Shown: positions 1 to 11,394 of the stretch, piece by piece
Layout: the number at the start of each line of letters is the position of its first letter
How positions within the stretch are numbered: the stretch's first letter is position 1
Source: an uncultured Ruficoccus sp.
Lineage (GTDB): Bacteria; Verrucomicrobiota; Verrucomicrobiia; Opitutales; Cerasicoccaceae
Reading direction: 5' to 3'
Assembly (NCBI GenBank): GCA_965140785.1
Contig: OZ223473.1
Location: forward strand, 22,259-86,258
DNA: 64,000 bases
Position numbers and translations under genes: made by a program
The notes under the pieces: generated by a model
Told to the model about the DNA's origin: nothing
Seen by the model: the letters and a program-made list of their open reading frames with translations, nothing else
The model's database searches: none

Positions 1-1110
1 TACGCCTACGCGCCCGAGCCCTCCCGCCGGAGCCGTACCGGCGATCCGTTCTTCGACCGTTTCTTCAGCCGCATGGGCCAGAATAACCTGCAAAAGATTT
101 CGCTCTACACCCAGCAGGACGACCTGACGGTGCTGGACCTGCCGCAGGAGGGCCGACCGGAGAACTTCAGCGGGGCGATCGGCCTTTTCCGCACCGGCGG
201 TCGCCCGGAGGTCGATCCGGCCAAGGCGCAGGTGGGCGAGCCGATGACGCTGAGCTTCAGCATTGAGGGATCGGGTAACTTTGACCGCTTCGAGGCTCCC
301 GACCCGGAGGATTCCACCGGGTGGCGCACCTACACGCCGGAGGAGGATTTCGCTCCGACGGACCGCTACCGCTACCAGGGCCGGATGACCTACAACTACG
401 TCATCATCCCGCGTGACGAATCCGTGACCGAGACGCCCCGGATCGCCTTCAACTATTTCAATCCTGACACGGAGAAATACGTCGAGCTCACCGTGCCCGC
501 CCTGCCGGTCACGATCACCGCTCCACCCCCCGGCCAGCGTCCGAACATCCCGGTGGTCGGCTCGCAGAAACCTTCCTCGCCTGCTCTGGCGCGCCAGCCC
601 GAGCTGCTGCCGATCAAGACCACCGTGACCGCCTGGGGGCAATCCATGCGCCCGCTGTTGCTCTCGCCGTGGTTCCTGGGGGCGCAGGTCGTGCCGCTGG
701 CCGCGCTGGTCGCGCTCGCCCTCACACGGCGTCGCCACAACCGCCTGCTGAACGATCCGCGCTATGCCCGGGAGGTCCGTGCCCGCAAGGCCTTAAAACC
801 CCGGCTGGCTGCCGCCCACCGGGCTGCCTCCGCCGGGGACCACGCGGTCTTTTATGCCGAGGCCCAGCGCGTCATCCAGGGAGCAGTCGGTCGGCTCGTT
901 GACCAGACCTCGGAGGCGCTTTCGGCGGACGAGATCGACCACGTGCTTGCTTCACGTAACGTCGCCCCGGCCACCCGCGAACAGGCGCAGGGCTTCCTCC
1001 ATGCCGGTGACGGGCTCAAGTTCGGCGGCCTCCGACCTGCCGAGATTGATCTGCGCCAGGAGGTGGCCCGCCTGGAATCACTCAGCACCCAACTAATGAA
1101 ACTCTCATGA
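1..1110 (+). CDS. batD: BatD family protein (5' partial)
   Basis: Frame is open from base 1; GEPMTLSFSIEGSGN / YVIIPR / FNYFNPDTEKY BatD-type segments, C-terminal TM; directly upstream of a TPR+SH3 gene. Confidence 0.8.
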   Translation, partial: YAYAPEPSRRSRTGDPFFDRFFSRMGQNNLQKISLYTQQDDLTVLDLPQEGRPENFSGAIGLFRTGGRPEVDPAKAQVGEPMTLSFSIEGSGNFDRFEAPDPEDSTGWRTYTPEEDFAPTDRYRYQGRMTYNYVIIPRDESVTETPRIAFNYFNPDTEKYVELTVPALPVTITAPPPGQRPNIPVVGSQKPSSPALARQPELLPIKTTVTAWGQSMRPLLLSPWFLGAQVVPLAALVALALTRRRHNRLLNDPRYAREVRARKALKPRLAAAHRAASAGDHAVFYAEAQRVIQGAVGRLVDQTSEALSADEIDHVLASRNVAPATREQAQGFLHAGDGLKFGGLRPAEIDLRQEVARLESLSTQLMKLS

Positions 1111-1853
1111 AACGTGTCCTGCTGATCCTTTTTCTCCTTCTGCCCGCGTTCGGCCTGCGGGCCGCGGATACCGCTTCGCTCGACGAGCGCTTCGCCGCTG
1201 CCAACCAGGCCTACACCGACGGCCAGTACGGGCAGGCCATCACGGGCTACACCGCCCTGCTGGCGGAGAGCCCCTCCTCCTCCGTTTATTACAATCTCGG
1301 CAACGCGTATTTCCAAAGCGAGCAATACGGGCAGGCGATTTTGCAATACTCACGCTGCCTCGTGCTCAATCCCGAGAACGCCGACGCGCGGGCCAACCTC
1401 AAGCTCGCTCAGGACGCCGCCCAGGCCGATCCGCCCGAACGCACCTGGTATGAGAACTACGCCGAGGCCGCCCCGGTCAATGCCTGGACCTGGCTGGCGG
1501 TTGTCGGGTTCTGGGGCGCGGCATTTCTCATCGTGTTGCCACCGCTGTACGGATGGCGAAGCCCCTGGCGGGCGCTGCTGCTGGCGCTGGGCATCTGCGC
1601 ACTCGGTGCGGGAGGTGTCGGCCTGACCGGCTACCACTTTATGAGCAAGGAAGGAATCGTCCTGGCCGACGACGCTCCGCTCCAACTCGCTCCGACCTCG
1701 ACCAGCCCGGCCAAGAGCTTCCTGCACGCCGGTCAGGCTGCCGACGTGAAACAGACCCACGGCGACTACGCCTATGTCGAGACGCCGACTGGTGAGCAGG
1801 GCTGGATCAGCGGAAAGGTTTTTGCCCCGATCTGGGATATGCGCCAGCCTTAG
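1107..1853 (+). CDS. batE: BatE-like TPR + SH3 protein
   Basis: Signal peptide, TPR (VYYNLGNAYFQ, ARANL), two TMs, SH3-like C-terminus (GEQGWI); overlaps batD stop. Confidence 0.8.
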   Translation: MKRVLLILFLLLPAFGLRAADTASLDERFAAANQAYTDGQYGQAITGYTALLAESPSSSVYYNLGNAYFQSEQYGQAILQYSRCLVLNPENADARANLKLAQDAAQADPPERTWYENYAEAAPVNAWTWLAVVGFWGAAFLIVLPPLYGWRSPWRALLLALGICALGAGGVGLTGYHFMSKEGIVLADDAPLQLAPTSTSPAKSFLHAGQAADVKQTHGDYAYVETPTGEQGWISGKVFAPIWDMRQP

Positions 1854-2018
1854 CCAAGCTTATTTGATAGATTACTAGGGTGTTTTGTTTAATCGGGCCA
1901 GTGACGATAGACTAGGCCTAATAGTAACTTTGCCTAATATTACATATGAAATTATTTAATTACCCTAAGGTGTACAGCCTTGCTCGTGGGGTAATCGCCG
2001 CGTTTTTATAGCGGCGCT

Positions 2019-3123
2019 ATGCATACGAATAACGTTTCCACTCTTAAGTTCACGCCTCGCGCGTTCAGCCTGGTTGCGGCCACGGTTCTGGGTGCGGGAG
2101 TTTTACTGGCAGGGCCTGCTCTACAGGCGGCAATCACCCCCGAAGGCAACACGAACCCGGTTCCGGGCAATGCCTACTGGTCCGGCGGTGGCGATACTTC
2201 GACCTCGATCTATATCGGCGACACGGCAGACGGCTCGCTCTCGATCACGGATGGAAGCACCTTTACCTCCCACTACGCCTCCATCGGGCAGGATAACGGC
2301 GGTCAACGGTGAGGTCACCGTTTCCGGCGCTACCTGGAACAGCCAGATGATCGTAGTCGGTGCCCATGGGGTGGGCACCCTTAACCTCACCAACGGCGCC
2401 AAGGTGACAACTAACAATTATATGATCATTACCGGCTATGTGGACGGGGACGGGACCCTCAACATGGGCGTTTCCAGCCATGATACCATGGTTGAGGCCG
2501 CTCAGGACTTTAAAAATTATGGTACAGTGCAGCTTTTCGCCCTGGGGAACATTACCGCCGGTGTTTACGTTCCGGTGACGGCCGGGGATGAGCTCCAGTC
2601 CGGCACGACCAAGACCTGGGGCGGCATGGCCGATGCCAACCTGAACTTCACGGTGAGCGACTTCACCACCTACACCTCACCGCTGACCGCCGATCTGAGC
2701 AACATGCGTGTTTCCGCCGGAGGCGGTGAACTCGTCGTCGCCTTTGCCGACGACGCCGGCAACGGCACCCTCACACTCGAGCAGGTCATTGTCCCGCCCA
2801 GTTCGTACGACTACTACGAAGCTGTCGATGTCATCCTGGACGGCATGAGCAATGACGATGTCGTCCTCTCCTTTTACATGGGAGAAGGCTATGACGAGGA
2901 AACGATCCAGGCCTGGATACTGGTGGACGAGCAATGGGAGGAGATCGATATGGACGAAACGCTCTCCACTTACGAAGAGGAGTACCTCAACTTCATGGTG
3001 GACGGTAGCGGCACCTACGCGGTGACCGGAAACCTCGTGCCGGAGCCGGGTCACTACGCCGCCCTGGCCGGGCTGCTCGCCCTGACCGGCATCGCCATCC
3101 GCCGTCGCCGCGCCCGCGACTGA
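2019..3123 (+). CDS. PEP-CTERM surface protein with T5SS/PEP-CTERM-type beta repeats; frameshift near 2300
   Basis: ORF 2019-2312 (signal peptide, IGDTADGSLSITDGS) joins ORF 2074-3123 (GVGTLNLTNGAKV ... VPEP + TM + RRRRAR) if one base is removed near 2301-2304. Confidence 0.8.
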
Positions 3124-3162
3124 GCGATTTCGCCACCGGAAACTCCGCGCTGAATTTTTCAC

Positions 3163-3194
3163 CGGCCATTCCCTCGGGAGTGGCCGTTTTTTTT
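3163..3194 (+). terminator. Rho-independent terminator
   Basis: CGGCCATTCCC-TC-GGGAGTGGCCG hairpin followed by T8. Confidence 0.8.
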
Positions 3195-3283
3195 GAAAGA
3201 CCAAAAGGCCGCGGCGGGCAAAGACAGGCGGTACCTACGCGTCGAGCCAGACCGTTTTCAAACAGTTTTGATAAGGTAGGGGA

Positions 3284-3360
3284 TTTAACAGGAAGGCCGG
3301 AAAGAACGAAAAGAAAGGTTCATAGCCTCTACTCCCGCACTTCCCGGCCTTCCTGTTAAA
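3284..3360. repeat. Inverted repeat with 9-nt periodic arms
   Basis: TTTAACAGGAAGGCCGGAAAG ... CTTCCCGGCCTTCCTGTTAAA, between convergent genes. Confidence 0.7.
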
Positions 3361-3411
3361 AATAACCGTTCGAAAATTTTTTGATTTTATCACTTCTGTT
3401 TGAAGATGGTC

Positions 3412-5221
3412 TCAGACCTCTTCGCTCTCGTCTTCCTCGTCGGGCAGTCCGGCCTCCTCGACCAGAGCGTCCGGGACGGGTGCGGCAGCGGCGGGTTCCT
3501 CCGGTTCGGGCGGGAGCTTTTTCAAAAACTTCGGCGTGGCCCGCAAGCGCTCCTCCAGAAGTGCGAGCGTCTCGGAAGAGAGCTTCTCCCGCGCCGCCTC
3601 AAAGGGTTTGCTGCCGGGGAAAGCGATCTCGTCCCCCCTTCGTGGGCGGCGTGTAGTCCTCGCCCTCGTCGAAGCTGTACCCGCTTCCCTCGTCTGCGGA
3701 GGCGGCAGAGGCTTCCAGGACCTCCAGCGGCACGTCGTCATCAGGCAGGACGATCGGGGGTGATTTGACCGGCTTTTCCGGGGCCGCAGCAGCGGGCGAG
3801 GAAGATGTGTCGGGGGCTGATACTGGCGCTTCGGCCTGTAGGCGTGTGGCGGGAGCCTCGGCGGATTTCGCCGGTGGCACCTCGATGGGCGCTGGTGGCA
3901 CCTCGATGGGCGCTGGGGCCGACTTGCGGGGAGCTACAGGCTTAGCCGGAGGTTCCGGGGCCGGGTCCGTGGTTGCACGGGCGGAAGCGGCAGCAGCGGA
4001 CACGGTGGCTGGCGGGCGCGGGGAAACGGGATCGCGCTTGGCCGGTGCCGGTGCCTTGTGCTCAGGCGCGGGCGGTAGGCTTATTTTTTTTTGGCCGGCA
4101 TCCTCGGGGAGGCCGGCTGCAAGCTGCGAAAGCTCTTTGATGAGCGAGTCGATCGCTCGGGATCGGCTCTGGTCGATAGCCCGGAGGAGCGCGACCTCGA
4201 AGTTGACCCGCTGGGACAGGCCCTGGCGCACGGTGTGCTCGGCGGCCTGGAGCGCGTCGAGCATCCGGGTCAGCGACTCGGCGGTGAGAGGCGTTCCGAG
4301 CATGTCGGTGTGCCCTCCCCCAGTGATCGCCTCCAGCAGCGCCTGGCGCACGATGCGCTGAATATCCAACAGCAGGCGGTACAGGTCGCGGCCTTCGCTG
4401 GCGAGGCGTTCGATGGTGGCGAAAAGCTCCTTGTGCGCACCGGCGGCCATGGCCTCGGTCAGCGCCTTCAGGTCGTCCTCGGAGGCGAGCCCGTAAACAT
4501 CGAGCACGTTCTCGTCTGTGATCTTGTCCCCACAGAAAGAAATGAGCTGGTCGAGGATGGACTGGGCGTCGCGCATGCCGCCGTCGGCCATGCGGGCGAT
4601 GGTGGCCAGAGCGGACTCCGTGATGGCGATGGATTCGGCTTTGGCGATATCACCGAGCTTGGCGGAAATTTTCGCGTCCGGAATGGGCCGGAATTCGAAG
4701 CGCTGGCAGCGCGAGACGACGGTGGGCAGGACCTTGTGCGCCTCGGTGGTGGCGAAGATGAACTTCACGTGCGCGGGCGGCTCTTCCAGGGTTTTCAGGA
4801 GGGCATTCCAAGCCTGGTTGGAGAGCATGTGCACCTCGTCGATGATGTAGATCTTATAGGTGCCCTGGGCCGGGGCATACTGGCACTCCTGGCGCAGGTC
4901 GCGGATCTGGTCCACTCCGTTGTTGGAGGCCCCGTCGATCTCGATCACGTCCATGCAGGAGCCATCCATGATGGCCTGGCTGATCGCAGTGGAGTCGTCC
5001 GGGGTGGCGCTGGGACCGCCCTCGGCGTTGAGGGCCTTGGCGAAGATACGGGCCGTGGTCGTCTTACCTGTGCCGCGGGGTCCGACAAAAAGATACGCAT
5101 GGGCGATACGATTGGTATCGATGGCGTTCTTGAGCGTGCGCACGATGTGCTCCTGGCCGACGAGTTCGTCGAACTGCTTGGGGCGCCAACGGCGGGCGAT
5201 GACCTGGTAGGCTTCTGCCAT
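3412..5221 (-). CDS. dnaX: DNA polymerase III subunit gamma/tau; apparent frameshift at the C6 run 3633-3638
   Basis: [29 protein letters not shown] motifs; the acidic C-terminal tail continues in ORF 3412-3741. Confidence 0.95.
3873..3914. repeat. Perfect 21-bp tandem duplication in the dnaX linker (APIEVPP x2)
   Basis: GGTGGCACCTCGATGGGCGCT twice. Confidence 0.9.
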
Positions 5222-5363
5222 GTTTGGACAGCTTGCGGGGCCGGGGCCGGGGCTTCAACGAAGAAACGCCCGGCGGGGATTTTTTCATGCCTATCCCAAG
5301 GGGGAAAGCGGGCGGCGGAGCAGCTTTTTCTCCCGACAGAGCCCGAAATCCGGGCATAAAAAA

Positions 5364-5460
5364 GGCCAGGCACCCCCACGGCACACGCGAATCCTGACTA
5401 CCGTTGCTTCCTTCCGGACCTGGCGGGATTCGCCGGTTCGTCGTTGCATGGGACCCGGCC
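5364..5460 (-). ncRNA. ffs: Small signal recognition particle RNA (4.5S)
   Basis: Minus strand has CAGGTCCGGAAGGAAGCAAC (SRP domain IV) in a long hairpin closed by GGCCGGG/CCTGGCC plus T-tract; upstream of dnaX. Confidence 0.93.
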
Positions 5461-5481
5461 AAGTATCAATATTCGCTCACC

Positions 5482-5661
5482 ATGATCGTCACATCAACAC
5501 CAAAGTGCCTTTTTCGTCTAAACGCCCTGCTTTTGCTCGTCGTCGCCGCCCTGCTCACCGGCTGCGAAACCACCAGCGAGACCGTCAGCGACGGGTTTGG
5601 GATGAAATTTACGGAAAAAAGCAACGGCTCCAGCAACGACGGTGTCGATATCGACGACTGA
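5482..5661 (+). CDS. Small putative lipoprotein
   Basis: Hydrophobic stretch plus lipobox LLTGC. Confidence 0.55.
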   Translation: MIVTSTPKCLFRLNALLLLVVAALLTGCETTSETVSDGFGMKFTEKSNGSSNDGVDIDD

Positions 5662-5682
5662 GGGCTCAAGGACAACGGCGGA

Positions 5683-6696
5683 TCAAGCTTGAGTGGCTTG
5701 GCCTGCCTGCTCCCGGTCCACCTTCTCCAGGTGCTCCCCGGCGGCCTTGAGCAGCAGTTCGCAGACCTCCTCCAGCGGGCGGTGCTGGTTAAAGCCTGCC
5801 GCCGGAGCGTGACCGCCACCCCCGAACTGCCTCGCCAGCCGGTCCAGGCGATATGCCCGGGTTTTGGCGCGGAGGCTGCCTTTGACCTGATTTTCAAACT
5901 CCTCGACCAGGATGCCAATGTCCACGCCGTCGAGGTCGCGTGCGTAGTCCACGAAGCCCTCGGCGTCCTCGTGCTCGGCCCCGGTCTCCTCAAAGTCTTT
6001 CTCCCGCAGCATGCCGATACAGATGCGCTCGTCGTGATAGAGACGTAACGAGCCCAGGAAGCGGCGCAGGAGCTTGAGCTTGGCCAGCGGCTCCTGCTCG
6101 AACAACTCGCGGGCGACCGCGCCGGGCGAGGCCCCGCAGGCACACAGCCGGGAGCACAGCTCGAAAACCTGCCCGGTAGTAGTGGGAAAACGGAACTGCC
6201 CGGTGTCGGTCGAGATGCCCACGTAGAGCGCCTGTGCCGTCACCGGGTCGAGCGGCAGCCCATGATCGAAGAAAAGGCCCGCCAGCACCTCGGCGGTCGC
6301 GGCGGTGTGGGGTTCGACGAAGTTGTAGCGGGCGTATTGAGGATTGGATACGTGGTGGTCGATGTTGGCCAGCGTGGCGGGAAACATCCCCTCCAGCAGC
6401 TTGCCTACCCGGATCGGGTCCGCGCAATCGACATTGAGCGTCACGCACTCCCCCGGCGAAAAATCCTTCGCTTGGCACCAGGGCGTGTCCGCGATAAACC
6501 CCTGAAGCACCCGCGGCGGATCGTCGCGGTTGACGGCGATGGCGTCGATTCCGAGCGCGCAGAGCACCCGCGTCAGTGCTACCTGCGAGCCGATGCAGTC
6601 CCCGTCCGGCCGCAAGTGCCCCAGCACCGCGACCCGCTGGCCGCGCAGCGTTTCCAGCAGCTCTTTAAAAGATTCGGATTTATCGGGAAAATACAT
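5683..6696 (-). CDS. nrnA: DHH/DHHA1 phosphoesterase (NrnA-like oligoribonuclease/PAP phosphatase)
   Basis: HLRPDGDC, IDHH, TDTGQF, GGGGHAPAAG; downstream of rbfA. Confidence 0.88.
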   Translation of the reverse strand: MYFPDKSESFKELLETLRGQRVAVLGHLRPDGDCIGSQVALTRVLCALGIDAIAVNRDDPPRVLQGFIADTPWCQAKDFSPGECVTLNVDCADPIRVGKLLEGMFPATLANIDHHVSNPQYARYNFVEPHTAATAEVLAGLFFDHGLPLDPVTAQALYVGISTDTGQFRFPTTTGQVFELCSRLCACGASPGAVARELFEQEPLAKLKLLRRFLGSLRLYHDERICIGMLREKDFEETGAEHEDAEGFVDYARDLDGVDIGILVEEFENQVKGSLRAKTRAYRLDRLARQFGGGGHAPAAGFNQHRPLEEVCELLLKAAGEHLEKVDREQAGQATQA

Positions 6697-6864
6697 CGCG
6701 CAGTGTCTTAACCGCAAACGCCGCCCAAAGACAGGAAAAACTCCGTACACTCCGGCTGGAGCAGCTTCGAAGGGTTAAGTAGCGACATAGACAGAAAAAT
6801 TCGACCCTGCGTAGAGCGTTCCCCATGCCTTTGTTTCAGGCAAAGGCATCCAGATGCGAAGCAT

Positions 6865-7224
6865 CTAGGGTGAAGGACTTTGTCCTTCCTCGGCGTCGAG
6901 TTCGTCGAGGATCTGGAGAACAGAGGTGCCGCGGGCGATGGAGTCGTCGTGCTCGAAACGCAGGCGAGGCAGGTATTTTAGGACGATACGCTTGCCCAAC
7001 TCCTGCCGGATGTCGCGGTGGCGGGCGGCGAAGAATTTCTCCGCCAGGTAGGCATTACCCTCGTCGCCAAGGATCGAGTAAAACACGCGGGCACCACGCA
7101 GGTCCGGCGAGACAACCACCTCGGTAATCGTGATGTTGACCGCATCGCTCTGATAGCGCGTGTGCAGGATGTCGCTGACCTCGCGCTTAACGAGCTCGTT
7201 GACGCGTGTACCTCGGTTAGACAT
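6865..7224 (-). CDS. rbfA: Ribosome-binding factor A
   Basis: ITEVVVSPDLRGARVF, LKYLPRLRF; follows infB. Confidence 0.95.
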   Translation of the reverse strand: MSNRGTRVNELVKREVSDILHTRYQSDAVNITITEVVVSPDLRGARVFYSILGDEGNAYLAEKFFAARHRDIRQELGKRIVLKYLPRLRFEHDDSIARGTSVLQILDELDAEEGQSPSP

Positions 7225-7235
7225 GGGTTACTGGA

Positions 7236-7338
7236 GTCAATGGTCAGGGGTCGTTGGTTATTGGGGAGATGGAGACGGCAGGCGTTTAGAGACAGCCCCC
7301 TCTTTTTCACCAATGACTAAGAACTAATGACTGATGAC
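7236..7338. repeat. Inverted heptamer-repeat element between infB and rbfA
   Basis: GTCAATG GTCAGGG GTCGTTG GTTATTG ... CAATGAC TAAGAAC TAATGAC TGATGAC. Confidence 0.7.
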
Positions 7339-7346
7339 AAAAAAGT

Positions 7347-9866
7347 TTACCGCAGGCTCGGGCGGAACTCGTGGATCTCGTAGCACTCGATACGGTCGCC
7401 TTCCTTGTAGTCATTGCAACCGCTGATCTGGATACCGCACTCGTAGCCGGCGCGCACCTCGGTGGCGTCGTCCTTGAAGCGCTTGAGGGTGCCGATGCGG
7501 CCCTCGTGGGTAACCTCGTCCTTGCGCAGCAGGCGGGCGTGGGCATCGCGCTTGATCATGCCCTCGGTCACCATACAGCCGGCGACCTGGCCCTTGGCCA
7601 GCGGGAAGGTGGCGCGGACCTCGGCCATGCCGAGTTTGACCTCGCGGTACTCCGGATCGAGCAGCTCGGACATGGCTTCTTCGACCGAGGTGATGAGCTC
7701 GTAAATGATGTTGTGCTGGATGATGCGCACGCCGTGGTGTTTGGCCAGGGCGGTAACGCCGTTCTCCTGCTTGACGTTGAAGCCGACGACGCAGGCTTCC
7801 GACGAGTCGGCCAGCGTGATGTCGTTCTTGGTGATGACGCCGACACCGGTCTCGATGACCTCGAGTTTGACCTTGTCGCTGTGAATAGCTTCGAGGCAGT
7901 CGGCAAGAGCTTCGACACTGCCGTTGACATCGCCCTTGATGACCACGCGCAGGACCTTCGAGGACTGCTCGTCGATGGCGGCCAGCAAACTGTCGAGGTC
8001 GCTGGCACCACCCGTGGAAGCGGCGGGCGCGGCAGCTTCTGCCTTGAGCGCCTGCTCGTTCTCCTCGGCCTCGCGCTTGGCGGCCTTTTCGTTTTTGGCC
8101 ACCGTGCAGACGGCACCGGAAGTCGGTGTGCCGGACCAGCCCATGATGCGGACCGGGGTCGAGGGCGGCGCGCTTTTGATCGGCTTGCCAAACTCGTCCA
8201 TCATGGCGCGGACCTTACAGTAGTTCGGACCGCTCACGAGAGCGTCGCCCACCTTGAGTGTGCCCTTCTGGATGATGACAGTGGCGGTCGGGCCGCGGCC
8301 CTGCTCCACCTGAGACTCGACGATAACGCCTTCGGGAACTGCCTTCGGGTTGGCCTTCAGCTCGCTGACTTCGGACTGCAGGAGAATGAGCTCAAGCAGG
8401 TCGGTGATGTTCGTGCCTTCCAGGGCGGAAACGGGCGTGCAAAGGGTTTGGCCACCCCAGTCTTCGGGCATGAGGTCGCGCTCCTGCATCTGCTGCTTGA
8501 CGCGGTCGATGTTAGCGCCCTTGGCGTCCATCTTATTGATGGCGACGATGATCTCGACGTTAGCGTTACGGGCGAACTTGAGCGCCTCGTCGGTCTGCGG
8601 CATGAAGCCGTCGTCCGCGGCCACCACGAGAATGGCGATGTCGGTGACGTTGGCCCCGCGCTCGCGAATCTTCGAGAAGGCGGCGTGACCGGGGGTGTCG
8701 AGAAAGGTGATCTTCTTGCCGTTGCGCTCGACCTGGTAAGCACCCACGTGCTGGGTGATGCCGCCGGCCTCGCCGGAGACGACGTGCGCGTCGCGGATCT
8801 TGTCCAGCAGGCTGGTCTTGCCGTGGTCAACGTGGCCGAGCACGCAAACGACCGGCGGACGCTCTTCCATCAGTGTGGGGTCGTCCTCGTCGAGCTTCTT
8901 GGCCTTTTTCTTGGGCGCGGGCTTGTCGTCACCGCGGTGGCGAATATCGAGGGAGAAGCCATGGCGCTCGGCAATCTGCTTGGCGTTGGCTTCCTCGATC
9001 GCCTGGTTCATCGAGGCGAAGATGCCCATCTCCATCAGTTCGGAAATGAGCTGGAAAGGTTTCTTACCCAGGAGCACGGCGAAGTCGCGCACCACGATGG
9101 GCGGCTTGACCTGGATGATCTTCTCGCCCTCCTTTTCGATCACCTTACCGGCAGCGGAAGCCTGCTGACCGGGCTGTTGCTGACCGGGATGCTGCGGGGC
9201 GCGGGGCACGGACGGCGGAATGACCGGCGAAGGTGACGGGCGTACCGGGGCGGGAATCTTGACCGGCGGCGGTGTGGCCGAGGGCGAAGAACCGGCGGCG
9301 GCAGGAGCGGGAGCGACGCCCGGCGTCGTGCGGGGCGGCATGGCCGGCGAAGGTGCGGCGCGACCGGGAGCCGTCATGGGCGGCGCGGGCATAGGAGCGC
9401 GGCGGGCGCTCGGGGGCGGAGGCGGCGGAGGGGACTTGCGCTCGGGCATCGCCGGGGTCGCCGGGGCAGCCTTCTGAGCGGAGGAAATCATGGCCTCGCG
9501 CTGGGCTTGACGAGCGGCTTCGCGCTCATCCTCGCGTTGCTGGCGGGCAGCGCCTTCGGCAGCTTCCTTGTCGCGTCTTTCCTGCTCGATCTGAGCCGGA
9601 GTCTTTACGATGGCCGAGGGCGGCAGCTTCGGCGTGACGGGACCGGGCTGAACGACATCGGCAGGAGGAGCGGCGGGCGCGGGGGCCGATTCGGCCTCGG
9701 CGCTCTGAGCTTCCCCACTGAATTCTTCGATGAGCGCCTGCGCGGAGATGTTATCGACCGTGCTCGAGGCGCTTTTCACCTCGTGGCCACGTTCGCGGAG
9801 GAGCTGCATGACCTCCTTGTTTTCCATGTTCAGCTCCTTGGAGAGCTCGTATATGCGGACACTCAT
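7347..9866 (-). CDS. infB: Translation initiation factor IF-2
   Basis: [24 protein letters not shown]; Pro-rich N-terminal region. Confidence 0.98.
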   Translation of the reverse strand: MSVRIYELSKELNMENKEVMQLLRERGHEVKSASSTVDNISAQALIEEFSGEAQSAEAESAPAPAAPPADVVQPGPVTPKLPPSAIVKTPAQIEQERRDKEAAEGAARQQREDEREAARQAQREAMISSAQKAAPATPAMPERKSPPPPPPPSARRAPMPAPPMTAPGRAAPSPAMPPRTTPGVAPAPAAAGSSPSATPPPVKIPAPVRPSPSPVIPPSVPRAPQHPGQQQPGQQASAAGKVIEKEGEKIIQVKPPIVVRDFAVLLGKKPFQLISELMEMGIFASMNQAIEEANAKQIAERHGFSLDIRHRGDDKPAPKKKAKKLDEDDPTLMEERPPVVCVLGHVDHGKTSLLDKIRDAHVVSGEAGGITQHVGAYQVERNGKKITFLDTPGHAAFSKIRERGANVTDIAILVVAADDGFMPQTDEALKFARNANVEIIVAINKMDAKGANIDRVKQQMQERDLMPEDWGGQTLCTPVSALEGTNITDLLELILLQSEVSELKANPKAVPEGVIVESQVEQGRGPTATVIIQKGTLKVGDALVSGPNYCKVRAMMDEFGKPIKSAPPSTPVRIMGWSGTPTSGAVCTVAKNEKAAKREAEENEQALKAEAAAPAASTGGASDLDSLLAAIDEQSSKVLRVVIKGDVNGSVEALADCLEAIHSDKVKLEVIETGVGVITKNDITLADSSEACVVGFNVKQENGVTALAKHHGVRIIQHNIIYELITSVEEAMSELLDPEYREVKLGMAEVRATFPLAKGQVAGCMVTEGMIKRDAHARLLRKDEVTHEGRIGTLKRFKDDATEVRAGYECGIQISGCNDYKEGDRIECYEIHEFRPSLR

Positions 9867-9900
9867 AAAATAGGTATGCGGGTATCAGTCGGGATGATTC

Positions 9901-11154
9901 CTAGGCCTGGGATTGTAACTGGTTGACTTTTTCGATGATGCTGGCGGCTTCCTCCGGCGTAAAGTTGCCGGATTCGACAAGGTCGTCGGCGGTGACACCG
10001 GCGGCGACCACCTCGACCGAGTTGATGCCCATGGCGACGAGCTTCTCGGCCAGGGGTTCGTCAATACCCAGGGACTGGGCGAGGTTGAGCCCGGCGCGCT
10101 CGGCACGCTCTTCCAGGGTGGCGGCTTCGCGCTTTTCCTTGCCGATGTCTAGTCTCCAGCCCATGAGGCGGGAGGTGAGCTTGGCGTTCTGCCCGCGGCG
10201 GCCAATGGCCACGGCCAGGTCGTCCTCGCTGACTTCGAAGTAGATACGTTTGGCGATGGGATCGATCTGCAGGTTCTTCGGAATGGCGGGTTTGATCGCC
10301 TCCTCCAGCATGGCCTGCGGATCGGGATAGTAACGGACGATGTCGATCTTTTCGCCGCCGAGTTCGCGCACGATGCTCTTGACGCGGGCGCCACGGGCAC
10401 CGACGCAAGCGCCGACCGGGTCCACTTTTGCGTCGCTGCTCTGGACGCAGATCTTCGTCCGGTAGCCGGGCTCGCGGGCCATACCCTCGAGCGTGACGGT
10501 GCCGTCGGCGATTTCCGTAACCTCGAGTTCGAAGAGGCGTCGGACAAATTTGATGCTGGCACGGCTGAGGATGAGCTCGGGGCCGCGAGGGGTGCTTTCG
10601 ATGGCCAGCAGGAGACAGCGGATGCGCTCGCCGGGGGCGTAATCCTCACCGGGGACGCGCTCGCGCGGGGGCAGGACGGCTTCGGCCTTGCCCAGATCGA
10701 CGATGAGGTCGCCACGTTCGCGGCGACGGACCACGCCGGTGACGATGTCGCCCACGGAGTCCTTGTAGTCGTCGTAAATGCGTTCTTTTTCGAACTGGCG
10801 GACGCGCTGCATGATGGCCTGGCGGGCCGTCTGCGCGGCGATGCGGCCGAGGAAGGCCGGGTCGATGTCCTTGCGGACGGTGTCGCCGACTTTGGCGTCC
10901 TTGTCGTAAATGTGAGCTTTGTCGAGGGGGATTTCGGAGGCGGGGTCGCTGAACGAGTCAACGACACGGAGCAGGGTCCACGCCTTGAGAGCACCGGTGC
11001 GCGGATCGATTTGCACTTCGAGCTCGGCGCCGGCGTTCACACCCTTCTGAGCGGCTCCTTTGATGGCAGCCGCGATGGTGGCGATCATGTCCTCTCGGCT
11101 GATCCCCTTCTCCTTCTCCATGTATTCGAGAACGGACAGGATTTCGTTACTCAT
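9901..11154 (-). CDS. nusA: Transcription termination factor NusA
   Basis: [11 protein letters not shown]1 domain, [28 protein letters not shown]. Confidence 0.97.
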   Translation of the reverse strand: MSNEILSVLEYMEKEKGISREDMIATIAAAIKGAAQKGVNAGAELEVQIDPRTGALKAWTLLRVVDSFSDPASEIPLDKAHIYDKDAKVGDTVRKDIDPAFLGRIAAQTARQAIMQRVRQFEKERIYDDYKDSVGDIVTGVVRRRERGDLIVDLGKAEAVLPPRERVPGEDYAPGERIRCLLLAIESTPRGPELILSRASIKFVRRLFELEVTEIADGTVTLEGMAREPGYRTKICVQSSDAKVDPVGACVGARGARVKSIVRELGGEKIDIVRYYPDPQAMLEEAIKPAIPKNLQIDPIAKRIYFEVSEDDLAVAIGRRGQNAKLTSRLMGWRLDIGKEKREAATLEERAERAGLNLAQSLGIDEPLAEKLVAMGINSVEVVAAGVTADDLVESGNFTPEEAASIIEKVNQLQSQA

Positions 11155-11394
11155 CGATATGTTATTAGAAAAAAAATAGCGGGTACAGCGACCCACTATC
11201 CTGAGGTATAGGATGGTTGGAAAGGAAAAACCCTGCCAGTGACGGCAGTTCTTGTCAAGCAACGGTTAAAAACCGCGCCTTTTCTTTACACAAGGCACGC
11301 GCGAGCGCCCTCAGCGCCATGTCCGGTGATCCAATAGCGGATCGTCCTTATTGCCACGACAAGTTGACACACTCGCCCGGATCGGCACGGAACT

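Noticed and set aside
3633..3638. Second dnaX frameshift as programmed
   Set aside because: A one-base homopolymer overcall explains it; removing one base restores a continuous tail
7371..9236. Long antisense ORFs (also 37815-39713, 4091-5359, 48132-49385, 26017-27180)
   Set aside because: Shadows of real genes on the opposite strand, expected with high GC3
9150..9720. Pro/Ala-rich low-complexity stretch in infB as an insertion element
   Set aside because: In frame and typical of variable IF-2 N-termini
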